Source: a virus
Taxonomy: Duplodnaviria > Caudoviricetes
Virus record (IMG/VR): IMGVR_UViG_2888055400_000002
Coordinates: 1-64,000 of that record
DNA length: 64,000 bases
Reading direction: 5' to 3' (one strand)
The notes beneath the pieces are model-generated. The model did not search any database and was not told the origin of the DNA. It saw only the letters and a list, made by a program, of their open reading frames with translations. Shown one piece after another: positions 11,236 to 20,741 of the stretch. A program made the position numbers and the translations under genes. How positions within the stretch are numbered: position 1 is the first letter of the stretch; each line of letters opens with the position of its first letter.

Positions 11236-11293
11236 ATGTTTTATTGTTCTTTTTCCATAAAAGCATGAAAACCTCTTGAAGAATATGCACTAG

Positions 11294-11317
11294 AATGTTA
11301 TATTTTTATATAATATT
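11294..11317. promoter_or_regulatory. pem-box-like TA operator
   Basis: Palindrome AATGTTATAT-TTTT-ATATAATATT upstream of the antitoxin. Confidence 0.6.
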
Positions 11318-11331
11318 AAAGGGAGTGTTTT

Positions 11332-11589
11332 ATGCACACAACAAAATTACGTAAAGTTGGAGGGTCAGTTATGCTCTCTATACCGCCCGCATTGCTTGAT
11401 GTTCTTCATCTTTCTGAAAACACGCAAGTTGGTTTGGCTATTGATAATGGCCGTCTTGTTGTTGAACCATCAGTTCAGTCGCGCTACACGATGGCTGAGT
11501 TATTAGCTGCTTCCGATTATTCGCAGCCACAATCACCTGAAGACCGTGAGTGGGTTGATGCCTCTGCTGTTGGGGGCGAGCTTATATGA
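11332..11589 (+). CDS. pemI: PemI/MazE-type AbrB-fold antitoxin
   Basis: MHTTKLRKVGGSVMLSIPPALL..GRLVVEP..RYTMAELLA..EW. Confidence 0.9.
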   Translation: MHTTKLRKVGGSVMLSIPPALLDVLHLSENTQVGLAIDNGRLVVEPSVQSRYTMAELLAASDYSQPQSPEDREWVDASAVGGELI

Positions 11590-11912
11590 GGCGTGGTGAC
11601 ATCTATATGGTAGATTTGGAACCAATTCAAGGACGAGAACAGCGTGGGTATCGTCCTGTCGTCATTGTTTCTCCTGATGATTTTAATCAAGCAACAGGTT
11701 TACCCGTTATTTTGCCGATCACAAGCGGTGGAAATTTTGCACGTCGTATTGGATTTGCGGTGCCGCTTATGGGTACAAGAACAAGGGGTGTCATTCGTTG
11801 CGATCAACCCCGTGTTCTCGATTTGGTGGTGCGCAATGGGCGTAAAGTAGAAAGTTTGCCAACAGCTATTATGGATGAGGTATTGGCGAAGGTTGTTACG
11901 ATCTTTAGTTAA
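11586..11912 (+). CDS. pemK: PemK/MazF endoribonuclease toxin
   Basis: MRRGDIYMVDLEPIQGREQRGYRPVVIVS..PITSGG..CDQPRVLD; overlaps the antitoxin stop. Confidence 0.93.
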   Translation: MRRGDIYMVDLEPIQGREQRGYRPVVIVSPDDFNQATGLPVILPITSGGNFARRIGFAVPLMGTRTRGVIRCDQPRVLDLVVRNGRKVESLPTAIMDEVLAKVVTIFS

Positions 11913-12100
11913 TCAATTACGTGTAAGATCCAGCTTTTCAGAACGGACATAAATTGACAAGACATATGATCAGTTGTGCTGCAGGTTTTTCTCCTGAAAC
12001 AATAAATTCCGTGCTTTAGCCACTTTGCGGTACAGTTTCAGGTGCTTAATAATAGAGTAAGGAAGAAAAATAGAAAATATTATTGCAATTATTGCCATAG

Positions 12101-12481
12101 TTATTTTTCCCTTCTTATTTCTGTGGTTTGGTTAGCAATTTCTTCGTCTAGTTGCTCAATGGCTTTTTTCAGTTTTCTCTTTATCACGATGTACAGTACC
12201 AAAGAGATTGGTAAGGAAGTATATATGAGCAATACGCATACCAGTCCTATTGCGGTTATGGCATCCATCTGGTCTTTATCTGCATTGCCTAATACTAAGA
12301 GAATAAGACCCAAACATACGCTTATGAGGGTTATTAATATAATTTCTTTTTTTGAAACAACACCAGCATTTCTTGTTTCATGAATTTCTTTTTGTAGATT
12401 GAGTACTTCTTTCCATAAAGAATATGTATCATCCCGTTCTTTAAGAAATGTCTTTGATATTTGTGGTGTTTGGGCTGTCAT
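12101..12481 (-). CDS. Hypothetical two-TM membrane protein
   Basis: 126-aa ORF with two hydrophobic helices. Confidence 0.55.
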   Translation of the reverse strand: MTAQTPQISKTFLKERDDTYSLWKEVLNLQKEIHETRNAGVVSKKEIILITLISVCLGLILLVLGNADKDQMDAITAIGLVCVLLIYTSLPISLVLYIVIKRKLKKAIEQLDEEIANQTTEIRREK

Positions 12482-12528
12482 GTTAGTATCATTTTCTTTC
12501 TTAATTGCTTTATATTCTTCATAAATAT

Positions 12529-13293
12529 TTATAATGTTTCAGAAGCAGTTGATTTCTTTTCTGATATTTCGGTTATGAACACTAAGTGGGAAAAGCTAAA
12601 TAATATATATATGAATATTTCAAAGGCTATAATATAGAGTACAGTATTTATAGAGAGGATTTTGCAAAATTGAATCCAGAGAAGTATTGTCTGTAATAAA
12701 AATGAAACAGGTAGTGCTTGGATTCTATATTGAACTGGCGCCATGCAGACCGTAAGAGGAAGACTAAGTATTAAAATGATTGTTCCTATAAAATAAGGAA
12801 CAGAAGAGTGAGGGAAACAGCTAGCAAGTATATACACTGTAGAAAACATAATTATTAAAGTAATTGCTGCTGCAAAGTAGAAGAGCGCCATAAGGCTTAA
12901 GAATAAAAATAATCCGCGTTTAACAAGGCGAAAGTAGTAATTTATCGTTTCTTCTCCATTTTCTTTTTTAATCGATTGATATTCCTTAAATTTTTTTCGT
13001 TCTTCAATTATTTTATTCCATTCGCTTTTATCCTTTGTAAGGGCATAGTCGATAGTTTCTAATGTTGGTAATATTATTGTTAATAGTACGTTACCTACTG
13101 CATTTAGTATCGTCCCTAGTGTATTAAATATTCCCCTTACCAATAGTCCAATGCCGTAAATAATTGGAATTGCAATCGCATCAAGTACAAATAGAACTAT
13201 TAAGATAATGATTGTAGTTTTTATGATAAACCACATTTTTCCCCCCTTTTTAGCAGTTTTCAATTTTATACTTGATTCGACTAGATGATACAA
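12529..13293 (-). CDS. Hypothetical multi-pass membrane protein (likely start ATG near 13236)
   Basis: Long hydrophobic ORF; GGGGG RBS before MWFIIK. Confidence 0.6.
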   Translation of the reverse strand: MYHLVESSIKLKTAKKGGKMWFIIKTTIIILIVLFVLDAIAIPIIYGIGLLVRGIFNTLGTILNAVGNVLLTIILPTLETIDYALTKDKSEWNKIIEERKKFKEYQSIKKENGEETINYYFRLVKRGLFLFLSLMALFYFAAAITLIIMFSTVYILASCFPHSSVPYFIGTIILILSLPLTVCMAPVQYRIQALPVSFLLQTILLWIQFCKILSINTVLYIIAFEIFIYILFSFSHLVFITEISEKKSTASETL

Positions 13294-13369
13294 TTATGAA
13301 TTGTTGGTTATTGATGGCACTAGATTTAGATAAAAAAATAAAAAATATACAATATCGTGATTTTTTTTG

Positions 13370-13398
13370 TTGACAATGTGTTAAAAGTCGTATTTAAT
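13370..13398 (+). promoter_or_regulatory. Putative late promoter (pR'-like)
   Basis: TTGACA-N17-TTTAAT upstream of the terminase genes. Confidence 0.6.
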
Positions 13399-13483
13399 GG
13401 CGCTGCTGTAGTTGGTCGAATTGCGTCTAAAATTACAGTGAAGGAGATATAACTTCTCTTAAAATTATTATATGATTGTTCAG

Positions 13484-13507
13484 AGCCCTGCATTTGCGGG
13501 GTTTTTT
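13484..13507 (+). terminator. Intrinsic terminator between the late promoter and terS (tR'-like)
   Basis: GCCCTGC-ATTT-GCGGGGT followed by a T-run. Confidence 0.7.
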
Positions 13508-13535
13508 GTTATCCTTTTCACAAAAAGAAATCCTC

Positions 13536-13850
13536 ATGAACACTACTGAGAAACTTGCAAAAAGAACGCCCCCAAAGGCTGGTCAAGGGCGGGTAAAAGG
13601 CGTGCCAAACAAAACGACACGTATTTTGAAAGAGGCAGTGCTTAAAGCTGCAGAGCGTGCTGGTAAAAAATATGGTGATGATGGTTTGATCTCTTACCTC
13701 GAAAAGCAGGCAATCAAATGCCCCGCTGCTTATTTAGCATTGCTTGGCAAGGTGTTGCCTTTACAGGTTACAGGCGAGGATGGTGGAGCGATAAAGACGA
13801 TAACGCGTGTAGAGATTGCTCCTTTGGTTGATGACGATAGCACAGATTAA
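13536..13850 (+). CDS. Putative terminase small subunit
   Basis: GRVKGVPNKTT..LKEA..LLGKVLPLQVTGEDGGAI; overlaps the large terminase start. Confidence 0.75.
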   Translation: MNTTEKLAKRTPPKAGQGRVKGVPNKTTRILKEAVLKAAERAGKKYGDDGLISYLEKQAIKCPAAYLALLGKVLPLQVTGEDGGAIKTITRVEIAPLVDDDSTD

Positions 13851-15156
13851 TATAGTACCAAAGCTGATACCAATCTTTTCAGGCAAGGCAGCAGTGCGTG
13901 CGGCTTGGGGAGGACGAGGGTCAGGCAAGACAAGATCTTTTGCCTTGATGGCAGCTTTAAAGGGCTATCAATTTGGTATGGGAGGGATATCAGGCACTAT
14001 TCTTTGTGCACGGCAGTTTCAAAACTCGCTAGCAGAAAGTTCATTGGAGGAGATTAAGCGCGCCATTGAAGCACATGACTTTTTAAAGGACTATTACAAG
14101 GTTGGGGAGTCGTCGATTAAATCGATAGATGGTCGTATAGCCTTTCAGTTTTCTGGTCTTGACCGGAATATAGCCAGTATCAAGTCGATGGGGCGTATTT
14201 TGCTTTGTTGGGTTGATGAGGCAGAGCCCGTTACAGAGACGGCTTGGCAAACGCTTATACCGACTTTGCGAGAAGAGGGAGAGGGATGGCGGGCAGAGTT
14301 ATGGGTGACATGGAACCCATTGCGAGAGAATGCCCCCGTTGAGAAGCGATTTCGTTTTTCAGACAATGAGGCAATCAAGCGTGTGGAGATCAACTGGTCA
14401 GACAATCCGAAGTTTCCCAAGATCTTGAATGAAGCACGATTGGATGATCTGAGAAACCGCCCCGAAACCTATAAGCATATCTGGGAAGGGGATTATCTGA
14501 AAGCTGTTCAAGGCGCTTATTATCAAAAGGAAATGTTGGCAGCCGAGCAGGAGGGAAGGATAGGGCGTGTTGCGCGCGACCCCTTGATGCAGATACGCGC
14601 CTTTTGGGACATTGGGGGAACAGGAGCCAAGGCAGATGCGACGGCGATATGGATAGCGCAGTTTGTTGGTCGAGAAATCAGAGTGCTTAATTATTACGAA
14701 GCACAGGGACAACCGTTATCGGAGCATATAGGGTGGTTGCGTCAAAATGGCTATGAGAAGGCATTGATGGTGCTTCCTCATGACGGTGCGACGAGAGATC
14801 GTGTGCACAATGTGAGTTTTGAGAGTGCTTTAAATGATGCGGGTTTTGAAACGCAAGTGATCCCTAATCAGGGGGCAGGAGCGGTTAAGATGCGTATAGA
14901 GGCGGTGCGACGGATATTGCCGTCAGTATGGTTCAATGAAGAGATGACGGTAGCAGGGCGCAAAGCACTGAATTGGTATCACGAGAAATGGGATGAGAAG
15001 CGCGGCATTGGTTTGGGTGCAGAGCACGATTGGTCGAGCCATGGGGCGGATGCTTTTGGTTTAATGTGCATTGTCTATGAAGCACCCCGTGTCAAATCCA
15101 AGCAAGAGCGTTATTGTACTATGGAAAGAGAAGCGGCATCATGGATGGCATTCTAG
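13831..15156 (+). CDS. Terminase large subunit (PBSX-like)
   Basis: Walker A GGRGSGKT, Walker B WVDEAE, TWNP coupling motif, nuclease WDIG and HDWSSHGADAF. Confidence 0.95.
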   Translation: MTIAQINIVPKLIPIFSGKAAVRAAWGGRGSGKTRSFALMAALKGYQFGMGGISGTILCARQFQNSLAESSLEEIKRAIEAHDFLKDYYKVGESSIKSIDGRIAFQFSGLDRNIASIKSMGRILLCWVDEAEPVTETAWQTLIPTLREEGEGWRAELWVTWNPLRENAPVEKRFRFSDNEAIKRVEINWSDNPKFPKILNEARLDDLRNRPETYKHIWEGDYLKAVQGAYYQKEMLAAEQEGRIGRVARDPLMQIRAFWDIGGTGAKADATAIWIAQFVGREIRVLNYYEAQGQPLSEHIGWLRQNGYEKALMVLPHDGATRDRVHNVSFESALNDAGFETQVIPNQGAGAVKMRIEAVRRILPSVWFNEEMTVAGRKALNWYHEKWDEKRGIGLGAEHDWSSHGADAFGLMCIVYEAPRVKSKQERYCTMEREAASWMAF

Positions 15157-15365
15157 ATCAAGACTTTCAAAAAACGACAGATTTTGATGAATATGAACTC
15201 TATAAGCGTTTAAAGTCTTGGTACGCAGAAGATATTGAACATGTCAACGAATGGCGTGAACAGGCGCGTGAAGATTTTGATTTTTATAATGGTCGCCAAT
15301 GGGCGGAAGAAGATCTTGCGGTTTTAAAAGAGCAACGCCGTCCTGTTATGAAGGCGCAGTATTAA
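15141..15365 (+). pseudogene. Portal protein N-terminal fragment (about 70 aa), truncated by the island at about 15351
   Basis: EWREQAREDFDFYNGRQW..LKEQRRPVM matches P22-like portal N-termini; immediately follows terL; sequence turns abruptly AT-rich and non-coding. Confidence 0.82.
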
Positions 15366-16036
15366 GAAAAACACAATAAAATCAATAGATTAAGTGTATT
15401 TATTTTATATGAATCCACTTAAGAATCCACACTTTTATGCACGATTCAATTGAACATTTTTTATAAACAATAGCCATCTATAAACAGAGCATAAAAAGCA
15501 AATCATGATGCCAATATTATAACGCATGGGAGCATTCAAATGAAATGCAAAGCAGTTATCATTCATAACAGGTCATAAATTTTATGATACGTTTTTATCA
15601 TAATAAATCGCATTGTTAAAACGCAATTGAATATGAGAGCTTTTTAAATGCAAAGATTTGAAATGTTTTCTTTTGAAAGGGATTAATCCAAATTTGGATT
15701 GGCTAATTTTAGTCACCTCAAATATGAGGGCATTGTTATTGATAGGTTTGAAAGCATCACAAAACTAATAGGCTTTTTTTATTCAAATGTGATGATCTAA
15801 AAGAGCGCTTTCAGAAGCATTCATTTATATTCTTTTGAATAAGTTTTTAATAAAGAGAATAGAGCACTTGCGATATTAATACATTTTGTATATACGTATT
15901 TATTCATTTGTTAATTTGTATTTTTTAGTTACATTTCATTTAAAAGCCGCGTCATATAAATTGGCACGGCTTTCTTTTTTGTACTTTTTTCTTTTGAGAT
16001 GGCATTAAACATAAAAAGCGCCCCCGCGTTTGTTGT

Positions 16037-16825
16037 TTATTCTTCTGTCTCAATTTTCTCAATAAGCTCCATAAGAATATCACTTTTGTAAACTTCCTTA
16101 TTTTGGGGAACCTCCTTAATCTTACTTTGTCTATTGAGAAGCGCCCTCCCATGGACACGACCCCAGACCTTAATAGTGTAAGAAACCTGAGCTTTTTCAT
16201 AAACAGAGCCATAAATTTCAGCACAGCCACTCACTTTTGCATAGCCATAAACCTTGCCATAGATTTTTGCACGGTTGTTAATAACAGCATGACCATAAAC
16301 ATGCGCATAATTAAAAAGACGGGCAGAACCTGAAACCCTCGCATTGCCATAGAGCCTTGCATAATCAAAAACACAACTATTATGAGAAAGATGCGCATTG
16401 CCATAAACATGCGCTTCAGAATAAACGCGGCTATTGCCATAAACACGAGCCTTGCCATAAACATAGCCATAGACATAAGCATTTTTAGAAACACGCGCAT
16501 TGTCATAAACTTTTGCATATTGAGAAATAAAAGCCTGATCACAAATTTGCGCATTGCCATAGACTTGACCACACACTTGAGACTGATGACGTATTTTTGC
16601 ATTCTCAGAAACACGGGCATATCCATAAACCCATGCATCATCATAAACCCAGCAGTTGCCATCATGAGAGAGATTGCTTTCCTTTTCAATAAAACCCCCA
16701 AGGTCCCCCACCTTGACATCATCGAAATTTCTTAAAGCACGAATGCGATAAAGCTTGGTAATTTTTTGAGTACTTTTATCTTTCAATTGTTTCATTTCAT
16801 TGGTTAATTTGTATTTTTTAGACAT
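16037..16825 (-). CDS. Hexapeptide-repeat (left-handed beta-helix) protein, array gene 5
   Basis: KKYKL..LYRIRALRNFDDVKVGDLGGFIEKESNLSHDGNCWVYDDA + (A-x-V-Y-G/D-N)n. Confidence 0.88.
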   Translation of the reverse strand: MSKKYKLTNEMKQLKDKSTQKITKLYRIRALRNFDDVKVGDLGGFIEKESNLSHDGNCWVYDDAWVYGYARVSENAKIRHQSQVCGQVYGNAQICDQAFISQYAKVYDNARVSKNAYVYGYVYGKARVYGNSRVYSEAHVYGNAHLSHNSCVFDYARLYGNARVSGSARLFNYAHVYGHAVINNRAKIYGKVYGYAKVSGCAEIYGSVYEKAQVSYTIKVWGRVHGRALLNRQSKIKEVPQNKEVYKSDILMELIEKIETEE

Positions 16826-16903
16826 AACAAACGCCTCACAATTTTGATTGTGTTAAAATTTGAATGGAAAATATTTGAAGGAGAGGGGCGCCCCCGCAGC
16901 ACC

Positions 16904-17416
16904 CTAGATGTTTAAAAGGGCTTTATTACGCAGCCAGAAAATTCTTAATTCATTATGAGAAAGCTGTTCGACATAAGCTCTTGTTTCAATATCATCACTT
17001 GTCTTTTCTAAAATCATAACCATGCCGTGAAGATTGGCATATTCACAAACATGGAGATGATTTATCACACGGGCATGATCATAAATTCTTGCATTGCCAT
17101 AGACATGAGCATGATCAAAAATGATAGCCTTTCCAAAAACGCATGCCTTTCCATAAACAAAACCAGCGATAACAGAGTTATTAAAAACCTTGGCATCTTG
17201 AGAAACATGAGCAGGGTTTAAAACCAGAGCATTATCATAAACCCAGCAATTGCCATCATGAGAGAGGTTATTTTCATTTTCGATAAAACCACCCAATTGA
17301 CCCGCCTTGACATCAGAAAAGTTTCTTAAAGCTTTAATGCGATAAAGGGTACGATTAGCAAAGAGACGCGTTTCATTTATAAATTCATATTTTTTAGTTA
17401 CAACTGTACTAGTCAT
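16904..17416 (-). CDS. Hexapeptide-repeat protein, array gene 4
   Basis: Same N-terminal motif, fewer repeats, different C-terminus. Confidence 0.85.
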   Translation of the reverse strand: MTSTVVTKKYEFINETRLFANRTLYRIKALRNFSDVKAGQLGGFIENENNLSHDGNCWVYDNALVLNPAHVSQDAKVFNNSVIAGFVYGKACVFGKAIIFDHAHVYGNARIYDHARVINHLHVCEYANLHGMVMILEKTSDDIETRAYVEQLSHNELRIFWLRNKALLNI

Positions 17417-17490
17417 GAGAAAACCCAATCTAAATAATTGCTAAAATTTGAATGAAAGAATTTGGAAAGCAGGCGCCCCCGCGCCGTTAT

Positions 17491-18178
17491 TTATGCTGCT
17501 TCATTTTCAACAATTTTTACAACGTTATCGCCTTCATAAACTTCATAATTTTTGCTAACCCAACATAAATCGCTACGTCTTTTTAATCTTGCATTGCCAT
17601 AGACCCTACCTCTAATCAAGAAATAACCAGAGACCCTAGCATTGCCATAAACAGAACCATGAACCTCAGTATGACACCCCACGCTAGCATTGCCATAAAC
17701 CTTGCCATAAATTTTTGCTGCTCCATTAACAACGGCATTATCATAAATTTGTGCTCTTTCTTTAATACGAGCAGAACCTAATACCCTAGCATTGCCATAA
17801 ACTATAGCATTATGAAAAACCCATGCTTTATTTGAAATATGAGCATTACCACAAACATGGGCATTCAAATAAATGCGGGTTTTATCACAAACATGGGCAT
17901 TGCCATAAACCAAACCACCGATAGCAGCATTGTCATAAACCCTTGCGTTTTCAAAAACACGACCAGGCTTTAAAACATATGCATTATCAGCAACCCAGCA
18001 ATTGCCATCATGAGAGAGATTACTCTCATCTTCGATACCCCCCCAATTGACCGGCTTTAATATCATCAAAATCTCTTAAAGCTTTAATGCGATAAAGGGT
18101 ACGATTACCAAAGACACGCGTTTCATTTGTGAGTTCATATTTTTTGGATACAATTTTAGATGCAGTTATAGTGGTCAT
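17491..18178 (-). pseudogene. Hexapeptide-repeat protein, array gene 3; frameshift at a G7 run near 18040
   Basis: ATG 18178 MTTITASKIVSKKYELTNE..KAGQLGG, then frame change to IEDESNLSHDGNCW. Confidence 0.82.
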
Positions 18179-18267
18179 AGGTTTTATCCCTAATTTAAAT
18201 AATGATTAAATTTTAATGAAAGTTAGAGGGGGGCGCCCCCGCCGCGCCTTTCATTTACGTTGCTTTT

Positions 18268-18777
18268 TTACAGATGGCACATCACAAATGAAATTTCACC
18301 ATAAGGAGAGAGACGCTCTGTATAAACATTTTCTCTTGTATTGCCATAAGCATTTTTAGTAACAACAGCCATGCCATAGGCACTTGCATTTTCATAAATA
18401 TGAACATTACTTATGATTTTTGCACTATCAAAAACCCGCGCGTTATCATAAACATGCGCATTGGCAAAAACCTTGGCAAAATCATAAACCTTGGCATTTC
18501 CATAAACAAAGCCACCCACAGAGGCATTGCCATAAACCCTAGCGTTTTCAAAAACACGACCAGGTTTTAAAACAGTAGCATCATCACCAACCCAGCAATC
18601 ACCATCATGAGAGAGGTTGCTTTCATCTTCAATAAAGCCACCAAGGTCACCAGCTTTAATATCACCAAAGTCTTTTAATGCTTTAATACGATAAAGTGTG
18701 TGATCACCCAATACACGGGTTTCATTTGTGATTTCATATTTTTTGGATACAATTTTGGATGCAGTTATAGCGGTCAT
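18268..18777 (-). CDS. Hexapeptide-repeat protein, array gene 2
   Basis: LYRIKALKDFGDIKAGDLGGFIEDESNLSHDGDCWV + repeats. Confidence 0.88.
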   Translation of the reverse strand: MTAITASKIVSKKYEITNETRVLGDHTLYRIKALKDFGDIKAGDLGGFIEDESNLSHDGDCWVGDDATVLKPGRVFENARVYGNASVGGFVYGNAKVYDFAKVFANAHVYDNARVFDSAKIISNVHIYENASAYGMAVVTKNAYGNTRENVYTERLSPYGEISFVMCHL

Positions 18778-18862
18778 AGGTTTACTCCTATTCTAAATAA
18801 TTAATAAATTTTGAATGAAAGGGTTTGGAAAGCAGGCGCCCCCGCCGCGCCCGCGCGTTTAT

Positions 18863-19654
18863 TTACGCAGCGTCTTTTATGGATTGATCATCACCACAAA
18901 TATCATCACGAATTTTTATATGGCTATTAACCACGGCGTTGCCATAAATTTTTACATGATGATCGATATTTGATTTTCCATAAACCTTTGCATTATCATA
19001 AATTCTTGAGAAGCAACCAACGCGCGCCGAGCCAGAGACCTTTGCATTTCCATAGACGCTTGCATAATCCTTAATCCATGCATTGCAAAAAACATGCGCA
19101 TTGTCATAAACAGAAGCATAGACATGAATACGTGATTTACCATAGATTTGTGCATTGCCATAAACATAGCCACAAACATGGGCATTATCATAGACCCTAG
19201 CATTGTCATAAATTTTTGCACCATCAGTAATAATAGCTTTATTGCAAACCACGGCATTACCAAAAACTTGCCCAGCGATTTTCGTATCATCATAGATTTT
19301 AGCATTCTCATAAATGCAAGCATCATTACCAAAAACCCATGCCTTTCCATTTATAGTAGCATTTCCATAAACCTTGGCTTGTCTAAAAACTTTAGATTCT
19401 TGATAAATTTTAGCATTCTCATAAAGCTTGGCATTCAAAAAAACCGCAGCATTGTCATAAACCCAGCAATTGCCATCATGAGAAAGGTTCTCTTCATTTT
19501 CAATAAAGCCCCCAAGGTCACCCGCCTTTACATCATCGAAATCCCTTAAAGCCCGAATGCGGTGCAAAGTAATTCCTTCAAAAGTGAAGTTTTCAGTTGT
19601 TAATTCATATTTTTTTGCAGAGATAACGGGGGTATTTTTTACTGTAGATTTCAT
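18863..19654 (-). CDS. Hexapeptide-repeat protein, array gene 1
   Basis: LHRIRALRDFDDVKAGDLGGFIENEENLSHDGNCWV + long run of hexapeptide repeats. Confidence 0.9.
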   Translation of the reverse strand: MKSTVKNTPVISAKKYELTTENFTFEGITLHRIRALRDFDDVKAGDLGGFIENEENLSHDGNCWVYDNAAVFLNAKLYENAKIYQESKVFRQAKVYGNATINGKAWVFGNDACIYENAKIYDDTKIAGQVFGNAVVCNKAIITDGAKIYDNARVYDNAHVCGYVYGNAQIYGKSRIHVYASVYDNAHVFCNAWIKDYASVYGNAKVSGSARVGCFSRIYDNAKVYGKSNIDHHVKIYGNAVVNSHIKIRDDICGDDQSIKDAA

Positions 19655-19702
19655 TTGAAATCCTTTCTAATCAAAAAGTTTTGAATTGACACCTATAAAG
19701 GC

Positions 19703-19783
19703 GCCGGGTGTTCAAAACACGGTGATTAGTCCGTTGCTTACACTTTTCCCATAAGGGTATTGTATGGTGTAAGCACACCCGAC
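19703..19783 (-). ncRNA. Putative P4-CI / P1-C4-like antisense immunity RNA (about 81 nt cloverleaf)
   Basis: Outer stem 19703-10/19776-83, inner stems TGCTTACAC/GTGTAAGCA and ACGG/CCGT; loop and bulge are complementary to flanking sites 19667-19685 and 19864-19882. Confidence 0.72.
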
Positions 19784-19895
19784 AAAATCTTCATATACTA
19801 ACAAGAGTATAAAAGATAGCCAGTTTTAAAAGGTTTTGGAAAGGTTGTTACGTAACCTATCCGCTAATCATAAGTGTTTTGATCACTTGATTATT

Positions 19896-19924
19896 TATAT
19901 ACAAAAATACGTATTTATTGTCAA
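19896..19924 (-). promoter_or_regulatory. Putative sigma70 promoter for the antisense RNA leader and hexapeptide operon
   Basis: TTGACA (19924-19919)-N17-TATATA on the minus strand. Confidence 0.55.
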
Positions 19925-20545
19925 TTATATTTTGCTATTTTTTGTATTTTTTTATGATTATTTTTTATCATATTGTGTATAAATATGCGTCATATGCCTA
20001 TGAATATTTTCTATTTTATTGCGTTTATTTGACTCTATATTACGCAATGGCGTTATTTTTCTCTTTTAAACTTCATAACAACTAAAAACGCTTCTTATGA
20101 TGATTATTTTTATCTTTATAAAGCATGGTTATTTTATTGAATGCCTTGTGAATATTTTTGTGAATTTTGTTATCATTTATAAGAGCTTTGTAACTTAAGA
20201 AGCTTTAATAGAGATCGCATTTTTATAACCAACCCTTTTGATTCATTCTCTATAGCCACCGCATCATTTTTATATCAAAGGATAATAAGATAATGCGGTT
20301 TTTATCTGTTATAAGAAGATATATAGATACCTATTGAATTCTTATATCCTTATCAAAATACCTTTTAAGGGGCTTTTGTCTCTTTTGTTAGTTTTGTCTG
20401 TAAATCTTAACAAACAATTCTTATGATTTTAGTGAGTGTTTAAACCCATATCTTATGAGAAGGCATATGGCTCTTTAAAGCCTTTCAAAAGAGAGTGTGT
20501 AATTATGAAAGGTGCTATCAAGATTATTATCGTTATTAGTTTTAA

Positions 20546-20741
20546 GGATTTTGGAGGTTTTGGGGGTTTTGGGGGTGCCTGTCTCATTTTTCTTTTAATT
20601 TTTTTCAATAAAAAATAAAAATCATTATATTTCAATATGTTATTTTTTACCAATTTTCAAAAACAACCTATTTCCATAATACAACCTATAAATACAATCA
20701 ATAATATATGTTTTGTAGGGGTTTTGGGGGTATAGGGGGTG
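20546..20741. repeat. Two clusters of 9-bp G/T-rich direct repeats (iteron-like) flanking an AT-rich spacer
   Basis: GGATTTTGG-AGGTTTTGG-GGGTTTTGG-GGGTG at 20546-20577; GTTTTGTAG-GGGTTTTGG-GGGTATAGG-GGGTG at 20710-20741. Confidence 0.7.

Larger units (their letters stand above)
16018..18845 (-). repeat. Invariant GCGGGGGCGC hairpin motif after each hexapeptide-repeat gene (5 copies)
   Basis: GCGCCCCCGC on + at 16018, 16888, 17473, 18233 and 18836, each 6-25 nt past a stop codon. Confidence 0.9.

Noticed and set aside
16018-18845. CRISPR array or integron attC interpretation of the repeated GC motif
   Set aside because: The repeats are 10 bp and separated by whole genes; there are no cas genes, no RYYYAAC/GTTRRRY attC ends and no IntI-type integrase
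16103-19549. Long alternate-frame and antisense ORFs over the hexapeptide genes (Met-rich; IAIN repeats)
   Set aside because: Shadow ORFs produced by the 18-bp repeat periodicity
20453-20653. ORF with PPKPPKPPK
   Set aside because: It is a by-product of translating the 9-bp DNA repeats; no convincing RBS or protein features
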